Source of the DNA: Atractiella rhizophila
Lineage: Eukaryota
Assembly: GCA_021432655.1 (NCBI GenBank)
Contig: MU271296.1
Coordinates: 68,515-104,100 of the forward strand
Direction of reading: 5' to 3'
DNA: 35,586 nt
This document shows positions 34,203 through 35,586 of the stretch, piece by piece. Below the pieces are notes generated by a model that worked only from the letters and a program-made list of their open reading frames with translations, ran no database searches and was not told the origin of the DNA. Numbering within the stretch: position 1 is the first letter of the stretch; every line of letters starts with the position of its first letter. The translations under genes and the position numbers were made by a program.

Positions 34203-35586
34203 ACAGTCAGGGGATTGAGAGCATCAAACAAATTTCAAAAGGATGGTTTAACATCCAAATTAGTATCTACAGCGCGCAGAATGAAAATGCCATAATACGA
34301 AAACCATTGTCTCATTTGTACTCTGCCATTGTACTGACTTCCTAAAATAAATGCTTACTTTTCTCCCGCTAACCACGACAATACCCACGATAAATGTCCA
34401 CACCATCTCCCGCCCCCGACCCAGTAACAGCGAAGGGAGGTTGGAAGACGAGGAGTGTTGATCTAGGGATGCCTAATGGCACGTTCTAAGCCTCGCGAGC
34501 ACCCTGGAGCCCCACTAGTCAAGGGAAAGAGCGACTCTAAAGCGAGGTCCATCATAGAACTTGGTTGACATGAGAAAAAATCTGAAGCGAGCGGCACTTG
34601 CCTATTTCGGAAATGCCCAATGTCCACTCTTCTTCCTCCCATAATGGTCTCAAGTGCATTTTATGCTTCATTTTATCTGGTGTCTTATCGTCGCCACTCT
34701 CTCCTTGCCGGAAATATTTGTCAACTGATTTTCAAATTTTCTATTGCATGAAGATTGCAGTTCGCTTGCTGTTTCTTTGATTACGCAATGACAGTAGTCT
34801 ACATTTTAGTCATTGCTTCCATTATTTCCTAGAAGAAGATGTGCAGGGGGACATGCAAAAAAATACTATCAGCAGGATCCCTTGACGTCGGAACACAGTA
34901 ATGAACTTTATTCGTTTCAGTGTCCCATACTGTCTTATTGTTAACCACCATTAGGATTCGCTTTCCTACGAATCATTGGGGCAAACTCTAATGATCAAGC
35001 AAATTGAATGACCGTTTGGTTAACGTGTGCTGCTGCCGCTTCATTGTTGCAGTAGTAGACGAGATATCAAATGATAGAGATGTTCCCCCCCTTCTGATGA
35101 GTTCCCATTGGAGCAGGATCAAAGTGACAATGTGGATCCTACATACAACATTATTATTACTTTGGCGCGTTTTGCTTGTCTGGCGCTGGCAATTCCCAGT
35201 TTGAGGCTGAATTTTTTCACGGGTTTGTTCCACAGGCGAGGATTGCGATTACATTGAAATGTCTGGCTGTGACTAGTCGTACTCTTCTTGTGAACACTAC
35301 TCTCGCTTTGAGATTGTATGTGTATAACCGACTTGGCAACAGACTTGCAATGTTGGTTTTAGCAGGTCCAGCGTCATCCGCCTTCTCACCAGAACTTCAT
35401 GAAGAGACGGATCGATCCAAAATCAAACCGCAAAGATTAGCATGGGAAAATACTTCCCGCTCGAAGTCCCCTTGTGAACAACCGTATGTGGGAAGTTCAA
35501 AAACAGCCCTTCCCCTCCCTCTCCTATCCACCATTCGCCACTGTCTTTACTTCGTACCAGTCGTCAGTTCATTCGTGCCACACTCT

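Noticed and set aside
35433..35445. AAGATTAGCATGG, matching part of the U6 snRNA core
   Set aside because: No upstream ACAGAG box and no downstream CCCCTGC/internal stem-loop; treated as a chance 13-mer.
1..35586. Prokaryotic systems (CRISPR, defence operons), tRNAs, transposons, TPP riboswitch
   Set aside because: The sequence is spliceosomal-intron-rich fungal DNA. No repeat-spacer array, cloverleaf, transposase/RT motif, terminal repeat or TPP aptamer consensus was seen by eye.

Overview
Eukaryotic, intron-rich fungal DNA. Short introns, micro-exons and Zn2Cys6 genes point to a basidiomycete; Pucciniomycotina is only a guess. The ORF track fragments most genes, so models were rebuilt by hand from GT..AG junctions. 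Genes supported by recognisable motifs: an intronless F-box protein (-), a DH-PH RhoGEF with a probable membrane anchor (+), a Zn2Cys6 transcription factor (+), WDR59/MTC5/SEA3 (+), a second DH-PH RhoGEF (-), a MATH-BTB protein (+), TFIIB (-), a short Zn2Cys6 protein (-), an MFS transporter (+) and a class I SAM methyltransferase (+). The most notable signal is non-coding: two conserved genes each carry one ~450-nt intron among otherwise ~35-150-nt introns. The TFIIB intron holds a well-formed box C/D snoRNA candidate, possibly an snR4-like acetylation guide, and a duplicated stem-loop motif. The WDR59 intron is highly structured and has speculative telomerase-RNA-like features. No tRNA, rRNA, CRISPR array or transposon was recognised. 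All homology calls come from motif recognition, not database searches.
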